A stretch of 63,869 bases of DNA, the filler included, from Reclinomonas americana ATCC 50394 (taxonomy: Eukaryota), in assembly GCA_048213135.1 (NCBI GenBank). It is 7 parts of 2 records of this genome, joined end to end, with 100 filler letters (N's around TTAATTAATTAA, not from the genome) between each part and the next. Parts side by side here need not be neighbours in the genome. Positions count along the whole stretch, not along the records: positions 37,943 to 42,498 come from PS015039.1; positions 42,599 to 51,654 come from PS015040.1; positions 51,755 to 54,385 come from PS015040.1; 4 more parts are not named here. One strand, 5' to 3'. Shown here in pieces: positions 40,642-52,062 of the stretch (positions within the stretch are counted from its first letter, which is position 1; every line of letters starts with the position of its first letter). Under the pieces are notes generated by a model that was given only the letters and a program-made list of their open reading frames with translations, was not told the origin of the DNA and searched no databases. The position numbers and the translations under genes were made by a program.

Positions 40642-40990
40642 CCGTGTGTCCTGAATAGGGCTTTATTCTCAACATCGACAACACACTTAAAACAGTTTTA
40701 GTTGTAGAAGGAAAGCACACGAGACTTGTTGGCGATCACTGGTAGATGCTCATTGTTGTGTATGGATCAGTGAAGTTTCTATTATACAACCGTGACTGCA
40801 GCCGGCACCACTCGTTCACACAATTCTGCGGTGAAGATCGCAGTTCTCGACTTGTTCGAAGTTCTGAGAGCGAAAACACACACACGCAAGAAATCTGCTG
40901 CTGCCCTCAAGACTAGTTTTTGTGGTTTGGTTGGACTTGGTCATCAAGACAGCTGTTGCGTGTTTGTTGGTGACCGAATTGTTGTTGTAA
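40642..40990 (+). repeat. Dispersed intergenic repeat, modules A+B (possible non-autonomous element)
   Basis: 40642-40785 is nearly identical to 51854-51999; 40812-40990 resembles 28418-28575; partial copies at 40283-40337, 58680-58732 and 60028-60067. Confidence 0.8.
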
Positions 40991-41197
40991 TTGAATTGCA
41001 ACGCTCGATCTCGCGATTGCCAATTCGAAAAACACGAATTCCTGCTGCGCAAGTCGCACTAACATGCGCACACTCCCAAGCACACACACTGTTCACGCGC
41101 CACAGCTTGGATCGCCACGATGAAAACCACACGCGGACAATTTCCATTCGCCCAATCGCGCTCGCGACCGTTTCACCCTCTCTCACAACAACACAGC

Positions 41198-41427
41198 ATG
41201 GCAAGTCGCAGTGAAGGCGGTGGCGGTGGCGGCACTGATGTCAGCAAGATCATGCGCGGTCTGTGTGAGAAGAAGAAGATCGCGAACGCGACAAGAGAGA
41301 CTCACTGCTCACTGTTTGTTGCACACACACAGTCATTGACGACGCAGTGGAGGATCTGATCATCTTCTCCAGGTCCGCTTTTGAGTGTGTCTGAGAGAGT
41401 GTGTGTTTGTGTGCTCATTGTTATGTG

Positions 41428-41474
<47 letters not shown>

Positions 41475-41815
41475 ACTACCGCAAAGCTATGCGGCGTACG
41501 ACCCGTCGGCGTACTCGCACTTGCCACCGACGTTGATTGAGGCCTTGGATGTTGCGTGAGAGAAGAGAGAGAGAGAGAGAGAAAACGGAGAGGCCAGCAG
41601 CTCGTCAGTGTGATCAGTCTTCTCTCTCTCCTGTGTGTATGTGTGTGTGTCCCCCTCCCTTCCTTGCATCTCTCTATACCTCTTCCACAGCAGCTTGCTT
41701 CCCTTCCTTCTCTTTCAGTCTCTCTCTCTGTTGCCTTNNNNNNNNNNNNNNNNNNNNCACAGGAAAGACAGTTCACAGAGAGTGACAAGAAGCAATTTCC
41801 TTCTGTCTTATTCTC

Positions 41816-41860
<45 letters not shown>

Positions 41861-42402
41861 CGAACTGTTGCCATTGCTCTCCGCTCCCTGCTCTTCTTCC
41901 CAAAGAGAGTGATGGAAGAAGAAGAAGAGACAGACGAAAGACGGGCAGATAAAGCAAAATAGTGAGAAGAAAGAACATAGCGAGAGCACTTCTACCTTCC
42001 TCTCCGATTCCCTCACTTTCCTCCTCCTCCTCCTTCCCCACCACCTACAGGCCCACGGCGGCCCGGAGATCCTCGGCCCCGACTTGTCGGTGGACACACA
42101 CACTCCGATGCACCGATTCCTCGACACGATGCAGACTCTGCGCGATTTGTCTGCCGTGAAGCTGGCGACCTCGGCAGAGGATGAGCGCATGCGTCTGGAC
42201 TCGCTGGGCGAAGCACAGCGGAGAGACGAAAGAGTTGCGTGCTCTGCTTGTCGTGTCGATCGATGCCGCTCGTGTTGCTCATTCGTTGCCACACTGCAGA
42301 CGAAGAACGACGTGGCCAAGTTCCGTGCCGAGTTGGAGGCCGAGAGGCAGCGACGCGAGCGCGAGGTGTCGGAGAAGGACGAGCTGTTGCACCGATTGAA
42401 GG
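41198..42402 (+). CDS. DRC10: Dynein regulatory complex protein 10 (IQCD)-like, 5' part
   Basis: Spliced product includes FLDTMQTLRDLSAVKLATSAEDE..RDERTKNDVAKFRAELEAERQRREREVSEKDELLHRLK, matching the DRC10 coiled-coil pattern as I recall it; not searched. Confidence 0.6.
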
Positions 42403-42408
42403 GTGCGT

Positions 42409-42498
<90 letters not shown>

Positions 42499-42598
42499 NN
42501 NNNNNNNNNNNNNNNNNNNNNNNNNNNNNNNNNNNNNNNNNNTTAATTAATTAANNNNNNNNNNNNNNNNNNNNNNNNNNNNNNNNNNNNNNNNNNNN

Positions 42599-45490
42599 TT
42601 GAACTCAACACCATCTGCAGCATGCTCAGCAGTGCACTCTGTGCATTCGGTGCGGCCACCGCAGCGGCAGGCGGTGGCTGCGGTGGTGGCACTGCTGGTC
42701 GCACAGCTGGTGGTGGTGGTGGTGGAGCACCCGACGACGACGAAGGCTGCTGCTGCTGCAAAATGGCGGACTGCTGCAGAATGCTGACCAATTTGGACAG
42801 ATCGGGAGCGACAGTCGCGGGTGGCTGAGCAGAGATGGGTGCTCCCGTCGGTGGTGGAGGCCCAGGCGGCGGCGGGTACGGTGGGGGCACAGGCGCATAC
42901 CGTCCAGGTGGCGGAGGACCAGAGGGCAGTGGTGGTGGAGGTGCATACGCCGGTGGAGCTGCCATTCCGCCCCAGTGGTGCACGAGAATACCGTGCACGC
43001 CCGGTGAACCGGCCATACCACCCAATTGTGGCGACTGTGCGGTAACCGGCTGCAAAACGAAGACAAAAACGGAAAGTGAGCGCACTTGAACAAGGAAGAG
43101 TGGGAAGGCTGGCTGTAGCATTGTCGCACACAACTTCCTCGCCAGCCGGGAACACGACCACGCCGATGAGCGGATCGACGGCCATCGCCGCTGGATTCGC
43201 ACGCTCACTCATTGGTTCTTGTGGATCAGAGGGTACCTCGAGGAGCAGACGGCCAGTAAACGGCATCAAAGTCTGTTCGCGGGCAGGCTGCTCGACGCGC
43301 TCCGTCGAATAATCGCCGCTGCCGAGAGCCGACACGTCTGCATCGCCATCGAATGCCGGCTCTGTTTTCACGGCAACACGCTGTGGCGAGTACCACGCAA
43401 TCGACGGTCGCATCTCTCGCAACGCCTGCACTCTGCGGTCGTGCTCCTCCACACGCTTCTGCTTCTCCACAAAGCGTTCCCATTGTGCGGCAGTCATTGT
43501 GCCGCGACCATCTGCACCGCCTTGTCGCTCACCGCCCGATGCGGCAGGCATTGACCCGGGTGCATGGGAACCGACAAGGCCGGTAAAAAAGCCCAGACCA
43601 ACTGCGGAGGCCCCAGAGGCCCCAGAGGCCGCTGCCGCTGCAGTTGTCGCCGGTTCCTCGTACGGCAGTTCCTTTTTGAAGACGCGCACCTGCTCCAACT
43701 TGTCCGCCGACGCCCATCGCACTCGCTTTCGCGGTTTTCCTGCATTACGAGAGAAAAATGAGTGGCGCAGCAAAACTTGGAGTGCNNNNNNNNNNNNNNN
43801 NNNNNATCTATGTCCGAGAGGGTCACGAGATCTCGACATCACATGTGCAGTACCTGCTGGTAGTTTATCCGCCAGCTTGATGCAGCGCTGAATGGACCGG
43901 CCAAACTCGGTCTGACGAATCACGTCGATGGAGAATGGCAGTCGTCGACACTGGGCGAGGAGGCGCACGGCGAACCGTCGATATCTGTCGTGCAGGGACG
44001 AGCCGGTATCTTGTGCGACCAGACTGCTAACCGTGGCGTCCACCCAGTCCTTGATGATCTCGGCGGTGTTGCGGTCGTCGGCAATGCTGAGAGGTGGTGA
44101 TATGAGTGAGGAACGAGCAGGCAGAGGGATTGGAGAGGGAAAAGCGACAAGGAGAAGAAACATGGAAGCAAAGAATTTGCGAAAGAGTAGTAGCACCAAG
44201 AGAACATTAGAGAAAAGCGTCGTGTGGATGATGACTCACTGATAGACAATCACTTGTGCCGAGGTCTTTTCGACAACCTCCAGCAGTCGATCGCGAGCGG
44301 CCAGTGTCTGGTGCTCCCTCATGAGACGCCTCAATCCCGGCAGGTGGCTAATGTTGGCGAGACCACCCTGACGATCCAACGAGTCGCGGAGCTGGTGATT
44401 CTGTGACCGCATGCATTTCGAGGGTGGGTCATTGTCAAATATCGCGGAAAAACAGGGGAAATCAACACCAACCAATTTCTGGACGTCGAGGCGCGCTGCA
44501 GGTGGAATGCCACTGGATGTGCCCTGTATGGAGTGCGCTTTGTATGAGTGGCGCGGTCCTCTCACAGCGTTCGGTTTTCTACACACATAGCAAAGAACAC
44601 GGGTACAGGTTGAATGCGACTCTTTTCTCACTCGCACTCTCACTCGACCACATAGACACACGTGCGACACAGTCGCGCCGATTTCACATTTTCTCTCTTT
44701 CCTGCGTTTTTTTCTGCTTCATCTTTCGTCGCTGCGCTGCTGCTTGTTGCCGGCATTGACTTGGGAACAATGGGACGAAAAACAAGAACATGCACAGGCA
44801 CAACATTCTACTCGACGCGCAATCATGCGTATACCACAATGCCGTTGCCACCAAATACAGAGAGAGGGAGGGAAAGAGACGAAGGCACAAAGCGAGTAGT
44901 GGCGACATACCTTGATACCAGGCAGTTTGCTGGAAGACTGTGCGTATGGTGGCACCCCAATGTGTCTCAGCAACACATGTCGGTGTGAAGATTAAAGGCA
45001 GACGACACAAACCTTGCGCGGACGTTCATCTTCTACTGCCGCGTCATCTTCGCTGGAACCTGTCATCTCTGCATCCTCGTCTTGATCCACAACTCCGTCA
45101 TCGTCGCTGTCATCATCCTCCTCGTCGGCGCCATCGTCTTCCTCCGACAATAGATCGTCGAGGGGGAGGTGGAATTTGGTGGAGCGCTTGGGTCGCTGTG
45201 ACACGGCCGACGGCGGTGCGGTGCTGCTCTTGTCGCTCGCGGCACGCGATGTCGTGTTCTTCACGGCACTCTTTTTGACNNNNNNNNNNNNNNNNNNNNN
45301 NNNNNNNNNNNNNNNNNNNNNNNNNNNNNNNNNNNNNNNNNNNNNNNNNNNNNNNNNNNNNNNNNNNNNNNNNNNNNNNNNNNNNNNNNNNNNNNNNNNN
45401 NNNNNNNNNNNNNNNNNNNNNNNNNNNNNNNNNNNNNNNNNNNNNNNNNNNNNNNNNNNNNNNNNNNNNNNNNNNNNNNNNNNNNNNNNN

Positions 45491-45527
<37 letters not shown>

Positions 45528-46465
45528 AGAGAGAGAGAGAGAAACCAAGTCAATCATCGACGAGAGAGAGACTCGCTCACGCTATCCACTGCGGTAGAAA
45601 GACAATCTGAAATCGGGATAGAGAATGAAGAGATCGCACGCACCCTGGCAAAGTCCGTGTTGAACTTGACGGCCAGCAGCTCCATCTCCGCACGCTGTGG
45701 ATGAGGCGATACATCGAACGTCTTCTGCAGGATCCTTCGTTCTTCATCCGAGAAGCTGCAGCGGCGATGATGGGAGCGAAGAATGAGGAACACGAACACT
45801 GATGAAGTGCACTTTGAAAGCATGCAGCAGGGAGAGAGACCGAGAGACAGAAAGGAGTGCAAGGAAACCATCAATCAACTCGCACATACCGCTTCAACGG
45901 ACCACGCTTGCCGGCGAGTTGCGTGGCTTTCGGCGTCTTGCGCTTGTTCTGTAACAAAAATCACCAATCGCAACACACCAATGCAAAGAATCAGCAATCA
46001 ATGACCAACGCGACACCCCACAGGCGGCACATGCGTGTGTGTGCGTATGCGCGTGTGAGTGTGAGTGTGTGTGGGCCATGGCTCGACATTCACCTGCCTC
46101 TGCGCCCTCGACGTACGCCGCTTGATCTCACCGCCCGCCTGCGCATCGCCACCTTCCCCACCTTCGCCGGCGCCACCGTCGCTTTCATCGCCATCATCAT
46201 CATCATCATCATCGCGCAGACTCTCTGCATCATCATCCTCGTCTTCCTCGTCACCATCGTCGCGCTCACCGTCATCGTCGCCCTCGTCGTGCGCTTCACC
46301 CGGCAGCCACGCCCACAAATCCGGTCTCGACAGTCCATCCCATTGCATCGTCGGCAGCGCCGGGAACATGTCATCCGGCAACGGCGGCAGCTGCGACTCT
46401 TGCACCAGCGGCGGCAACGCAAACTGCGGCGACATGCCTCCGTCCATGTCACGCTCGCCCTCCAT
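42599..46465 (-). CDS. Homeodomain + TFIIS-N-like domain + PP1-docking motif protein (PNUTS/LUMINIDEPENDENS-like); 3' truncated
   Basis: Homeodomain helices 1-2 (KRFSDEERRILQKTFDVSPHPQRAEMELLAVKFN); PNUTS-like LDRQGGL..LRRLMRE..RDRLLEVVEKT..IIKDWV..RLPFSIDVIRQTEFGRSIQR; RKRVRWASADKLEQVRVF; Pro-rich tail. Confidence 0.72.
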
Positions 46466-46757
46466 CACTCACACGCGCGCGCACACACAGGCAACACACA
46501 GTCTTCGTTTTCGTTTGGGGTTTCACACAACGCTGAGCAGTGGCCTCTTTGCACTTTCACTGTGACTTTGCTGCGGCGGCCAACGTGAAAGTGCCCAAAC
46601 TGACGCCCAGAGGGTATCGCGCAGAAACCAAACGCCCTGCGACTTTCTCTGCGTCGCGCGCACACACACAGATGCTTGTCGGAAGCGGGTGCGGGGGGTT
46701 GCAGCCTCTCGACCAAAGTGCGCTTGATAAAAGTGCAATCAGTCGATCCGCCAGGCG

Positions 46758-49129
46758 ATGAAATCCTCTCGTGTGAGGATGCAACGTGTGCGCGTTCTCT
46801 GCCAGCACCTCGAGCACAATCAACGCGAGTTCTTCAACTGGAGTCGCACGCACAGTGTGCGACCACGACATGCAGTGTATGAGTGCGCGACAGCAGATGA
46901 AGTAGAGTGCGTGTTGTGCGAGTGTGCACAGCGGCGATGGAGAGTGCGGTGAGCGATGCATGCATGCGCAGGGAGAAGGAGAGAGGTGGCACGTTCATGT
47001 TGCGATGTTGCAGTGTGATGGGCAGTGGTTTGTCGCCAAATGCACTGGGATTTGGGGAGGAATGCATGCTGCGATTGGTGAACGATGATGCGAGGGCGCG
47101 TGTCAAGATCGATGCGGCGAGCATGCGAGTGCGTGTTCCGGCGGGCATGACAGTGGGCGATTTGGTGAGTCTCCCAAATCACGTTCACAGAGCCTGCGCT
47201 GATCGATGTTGCATCGCCAGACAGAGCTGCTGGCGTCGCACGACCTCACGCTCCAGAACTTTGGCTCGATCTCGTTGCAAGTTGCGCATTAACAACAGCA
47301 GCAGCAGCAGTGGGCGTTCGGCCTCCAGTATTCATCGTTCTCTCTCTCTCTCTCCCTCGCTGCAGACGGTCGCTGGCTTTGTGCAAGCTGGTGTGCACGG
47401 CTCGGGAGCACGCATTCCGCCTGTCAACGACATGGTGGTGGCGATGCAGGTGGTGACTCCGGCGCTCGGGGTGATGGAGTTGAGTGATGAAACTGGCGAC
47501 GGCGATCTCTTCCGGCTGGCCAAGGTGGGCATGGGTGCGCTGGGTGTGGTGACCGAGGTGACGGTGCAGTGCGTGCGACGACAGCAGCTGCGTGAGTGGG
47601 TGTGGGTCGTGCGACCGGAGCATGTGCGACAGCGGCATGCGCATTGGTTGCGTCTCTTTCGGCACGTGCGCTACATGTGGTATCCGTACGTGTCGGAGGC
47701 GGTGGTGGTGGTGGCGCTGGCGCCGGTGGAGGTGGAGGTGACGGAGGAGGATGTGGGGGATGTGGGGTGCGGGGATTCTCGGCAAGGTGAGGGGAAAGTG
47801 GGTGAAGAGGGTAAACAGGGGAAGGAGTGGGGAAGGGCAAGAGTGTGAAGAAGGGGCAAGGGTTGATGGTGGTCACTTGCTCGAAGAGAGAGTTGTCGTT
47901 GAAGAGCTGGAGGAGAAGAATGAGAGGCAATGACTGGTCGAAGAGTGGTGAAAGAAAATGGAGGAGGAAGAAGTGTCGATGCGTCGTCGTTGCGCAAGAG
48001 TGAAGTGGTAAGGAAGAGGACTGGTGACTTCGAGGAGAGAGTTGTTGTGGAAGAATAAGGGAGGAAGGATGCGGGGCACTGATTGTCGAATAGCAATTCA
48101 AGAAAAAGGAGGAGGAAGAAGTGATGATGCGTCGTCATTGAGCGAGAGGAGTATGAGGACGGTGCCATAAACAACGAGGAAGTAGAAGAGTTGCACAGTC
48201 ATTGCACTCGAGGAGAGAAGGAAGAGTGGCTTGGAGAGAGAAACTGTGCCTCATGCACTCATTCCTCGCGCTTCAGACTGGGACGACCCACTGGCGCCAC
48301 TGCGCAACCTCCTGCCGGCCGGCGTCACCCCCAAACAGCCGAATTCTCTGGCCAGTGTTCGCGACGCGGTGCTGCTGGAGTGCGGTGGGGCCATGCTGTC
48401 GGTCGATTTTGTGGCGGCAGTCAATCGGGCCGAGGTTGAGTGCTACCGGCGACTGGCACGACCATTCTCGCAGCCGCGTGTCGGCTGGCCGGACCAGCTG
48501 CTGTCGTTTGAGTGTGGCGGTGAGCAGCGTGTGTGCGAGGTGGCGTTCCCGTGCGGCACCTTGGAGGAGCCGTCGCTGCGCGATCTCGACTACGTCACGC
48601 GCGTGCTGCGCCTGGTGGAGGAGCACCAGCTGCCGGCGCCGGCGCCGATTGAGCAGCGATGGACGTGCGGCTCCAGTAGCGACATGAGCCCAGCCGCCGG
48701 CAAGGCGACAGACTTGTTTTCGTGGGTCGGCATCATCGTGTATCTGCCGGAGGAGAGGAGGGTGGAGGAGGCCAAGTTGCGGCAGCGTGCGAGTGCCGTG
48801 TTTGACCAGTACGTGGCCGCGTGCCGCGACGAGCTGTGGGACGAGTTTGAGTGTGTAGAGCACTGGGCCAAGACGGAGGGACCGCCGACGAATGATGACG
48901 CGGGAGAGTCGGCGTGGAGGAAGCGAGTGCAGAGGAGGTGAGGCGGGGGGTGTTTCTCTTGTGTGCGCACACAAGTGTGTGTGTGTAACGGATGGAGTGT
49001 TGCGGGCATCAGGNNNNNNNNNNNNNNNNNNNNTGTCCACTGGATCGTTTCGCTGAGGCGCGGAGGAGAGTTGATCCGACGGGCATGCTGAGCAATGCGC
49101 TGGTGGATCGGATTTTGGCGGCGAGGTAG
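46758..49129 (+). CDS. GLDH: L-galactono-1,4-lactone dehydrogenase/oxidase family FAD enzyme (plant GLDH-type), multi-exon
   Basis: NWSRTH, GSGLSPN, LTLQNFGSISLQTVAGFVQAGVHGSG, LFRLAKVGMGALGVV, HVRYMWYPY, FECGGEQ, PAPAPIEQRW, SWVGIIVYLP, EHWAK and RRELDPTGMLSN. Confidence 0.92.
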
Positions 49130-49251
49130 ATGAGTGAACAACTCTGCGCGCATCTTGCTCATCGTGTTACAAGAGTGGCCTCGCGCGTTTAACAATGGTG
49201 GCCTCTTGCGCATTACACAAATGATAGAGAGAGAGAGAACACCACTTCCCG

Positions 49252-50248
49252 TCATGATGACGTGGAGGCGTCGAGAATGGGTGCAGGAAAATCGAGGCCA
49301 TGCAGCACTCGGCCGGAGGGCGACTGGATCTTGGCCGGCAGCCGCTCCTTGGCGGTCGCAAAGAGCTTCCTCTTGTCCTCCTCGCCCTTGAAGTAGTCAA
49401 ACGCTGGATCCGGCGGGCTCCGGTCGGGAGTCCACATTGGCGGCACCCAGAACACGAGNNNNNNNNNNNNNNNNNNNNNNNNNNNNNNNNNNNNNNNNNN
49501 NNNNNNNNNNNNNNNNNNNNNNNNNNNNNNNNNNNNNNNNNNNNNNNNNNNNNNNNNNNNNNNNNNNNNNNNNNNNNNNNNNNNNNNNNNNNNNNNNNNN
49601 NNNNNNNNNNNNNNNNNNNNNNNNNNNNNNNNNNNNNNNNNNNNNNNNNNNNNNNNNNNNNNNNNNNNNNNNNNNNNNNNNNNNNNNNNNNNNNNNNNNN
49701 NNNNNNNNNNNNNNNNNNNNNNNNNNNNNNNNNNNNNNNNNNNNNNNNNNNNNNNNNNNNNNNNNNNNNNNNNNNNNNNNNNNNNNNNNNNNNNNNNNNN
49801 NNNNNNNNNNNNNNNNNNNNNNNNNNNNNNNNNNNNNNNNNNNNNNNNNNNCGCCTCGGGCGACGGCAACTCGCCGGCGTCCGCCCGCGGATCCACCGCC
49901 GTCTCCACGCACCACGCGGCCACACGATTGGCCTGCGCCACCTGGCGCTGCCTGCTCTGGTGGCGCTGATTGAAGGCGGCCAGGGCGGCCTCGGTCAGCG
50001 ACGACGACGAGGAGGAGGAGGAGGGGGAGGCCGGTGACAGCACGGCGGCCGTGAACTCGGACGAGCCGCGCCACACGACCGGCTGCTCTCGGCTTGCAGC
50101 ACGCTGCTCCTCTTGTCGTCGGCGTAGCTGTTGCTGACGCAGGCGGTGCAGTTGCTGCTGTTGTCGGAGAACACTGGCGTCCATCGGAGGCGCGGCTGCC
50201 GCGACAACGGAGGAATCTGCGTGAACAGCGCGCGCGGTGAGTGTCATG
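49252..50248 (-). CDS. Hypothetical protein (spans an N gap)
   Basis: GC-rich coding-like frame on both sides of the gap (MTLTARAVHA...; LVFWVPPMWTPD...DYFKGEEDKRKLF); no family recognised. Confidence 0.45.
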
Positions 50249-51853
50249 ACGTGGTGCGTGATGTGTGTGGGTGCAGTGAGATGTGCGGAGGGAGAGAGGG
50301 GAGGGAGGGAGAGTGGAGAAGGAGGGAGAAGTGAAGGAATCGAACAAATTTGCAGTCTAGTCAGCGAGTGTGACACAAACTCGACGACGCAACTGTTGCC
50401 GGTGGCGGGTTCATTGGCGGCGCCCATGAGAAGAGGGGATGAAGAGGAGGAGGAGTGGGGAGAGAGAGTGAAACAAAGAGAGAGAGAAAAGGTGGTGGTG
50501 AGGTGCGCTCACAGCGACAAGAAGAAATGCGGAAATGGACGGAAAGAGTTTTTCGCCTCTGCTGCGTGTTCGGAATTTTTTGCAGCAGTGGCGCAGTGTT
50601 GCACTGTGGCAGTGGAGGAGTGCGACTGGAGTGCGCGAGTGAGATGAGTGAGTGGGGGAGGTGGGAGTGATGTCACTCCCGGTTTTGGAGCAACGCGAGT
50701 GATGCAACAAGTGCTGCAATTAGCATTTCAGCGCGCAGCATGCTTGGTCATGGCCTTGTACGCTCGAACGAGGTGTACACATGGCCATGGGACGAGCCGG
50801 ACGGAGAGTGTCCAAGCGCAGAGGGCAATCACGAATTTGAAGACTGCAATCCAAGTCGCGCGCGAAGCAGTTCCCTTGAGATCTGCACGTCGAGGGTCGT
50901 ACAGCAAGCGCTGGTGCTCGAGGTTAGCGTACAGCTCGCGCGCAGTTTGATTTTGCAATTGCAATATTAATTGCAAGCGACTGCGCTGCGAATTCGACGT
51001 CGATGGGCGTCTGCGAAGGTTTGCAAGGCCACGGGTCTGGATCCGGTATATATTCAAGGCTTTCTGTGCACGAGTGTCCACGACCAACAGGAAAGCCGAT
51101 GAGCGTCGACAGGACAGCGTGCACAACAATTCCGCGACGTCCACGTCCACTCCGCCAACGTGCCACGCAAAAAAAGGAGGAACACCATGCGCAGATACGA
51201 TACTCGGCGAGCCTGCACACTCCAACACTTCCCCAAACGTTGGAAGGCCATCCTCACAAGAGGTGAATCTTGGCGCCCAAAAATTGAGAGGCTTCACCCA
51301 ATTTTCATCCTTCTGTGAGGACGCCGTGTGCTCTCAGTTGTATCACACCGGAGAGCTCCGCTACGTTAATGCGAAAACCCTTGTGTGAAGCAGTTGGGCA
51401 GGAAAAGAAGACAGGTGCTCATCTGTGTACGCGCTTGCAATGGCAGGCCTGCGCGTATCCGCACATGGGACGGTGGAAGAAGCCGGTTTGTTCTCGACCT
51501 CCACGTGGTGTGCGGCGGAAACAAGCTTGCCTGGTTGTGGTGGTAACCAGGTAAGGTTGGCTAACTGGGAACATCCCACCCCGCCGGCTTCTTTTTGGCC
51601 ATGGGGGCGTGGTTTGAGAGAAGCAACAGTTTCCCAATGCTTGCCCCACTGTTCNNNNNNNNNNNNNNNNNNNNNNNNNNNNNNNNNNNNNNNNNNNNTT
51701 AATTAATTAANNNNNNNNNNNNNNNNNNNNNNNNNNNNNNNNNNNNNNNNNNNNTTCTTGATATGATCAATTTCTCTTTGTCTTCTTCGTAGTTACTGCG
51801 ATGGACGTCTTCTGGTGGTCACTGCTGACGAAGTCTTCTTCCTGGCCTGGAGG

Positions 51854-51999
51854 CCGTGTGTCCTGAATATAGGGCTTTATTCTCAACATCGACAACACAC
51901 TTAAAACAGTTTTAGTTGTAGAAGGAAAGCACACGAGACTTGTTGGCGATCACTGGTAGATGCTCATTGTTGTGTATGGATCAGTGAAGTTTCTATTAT
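51854..51999 (+). repeat. Dispersed repeat module A, just upstream of syntaxin-5
   Basis: Near-identical to 40642-40785 on a different scaffold. Confidence 0.85.
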
Positions 52000-52062
52000 T
52001 ATTATTATTCACGGACAATCAGAATGTCCCACCACACAAAAAATCTTCGTTTTTTTGACAGA

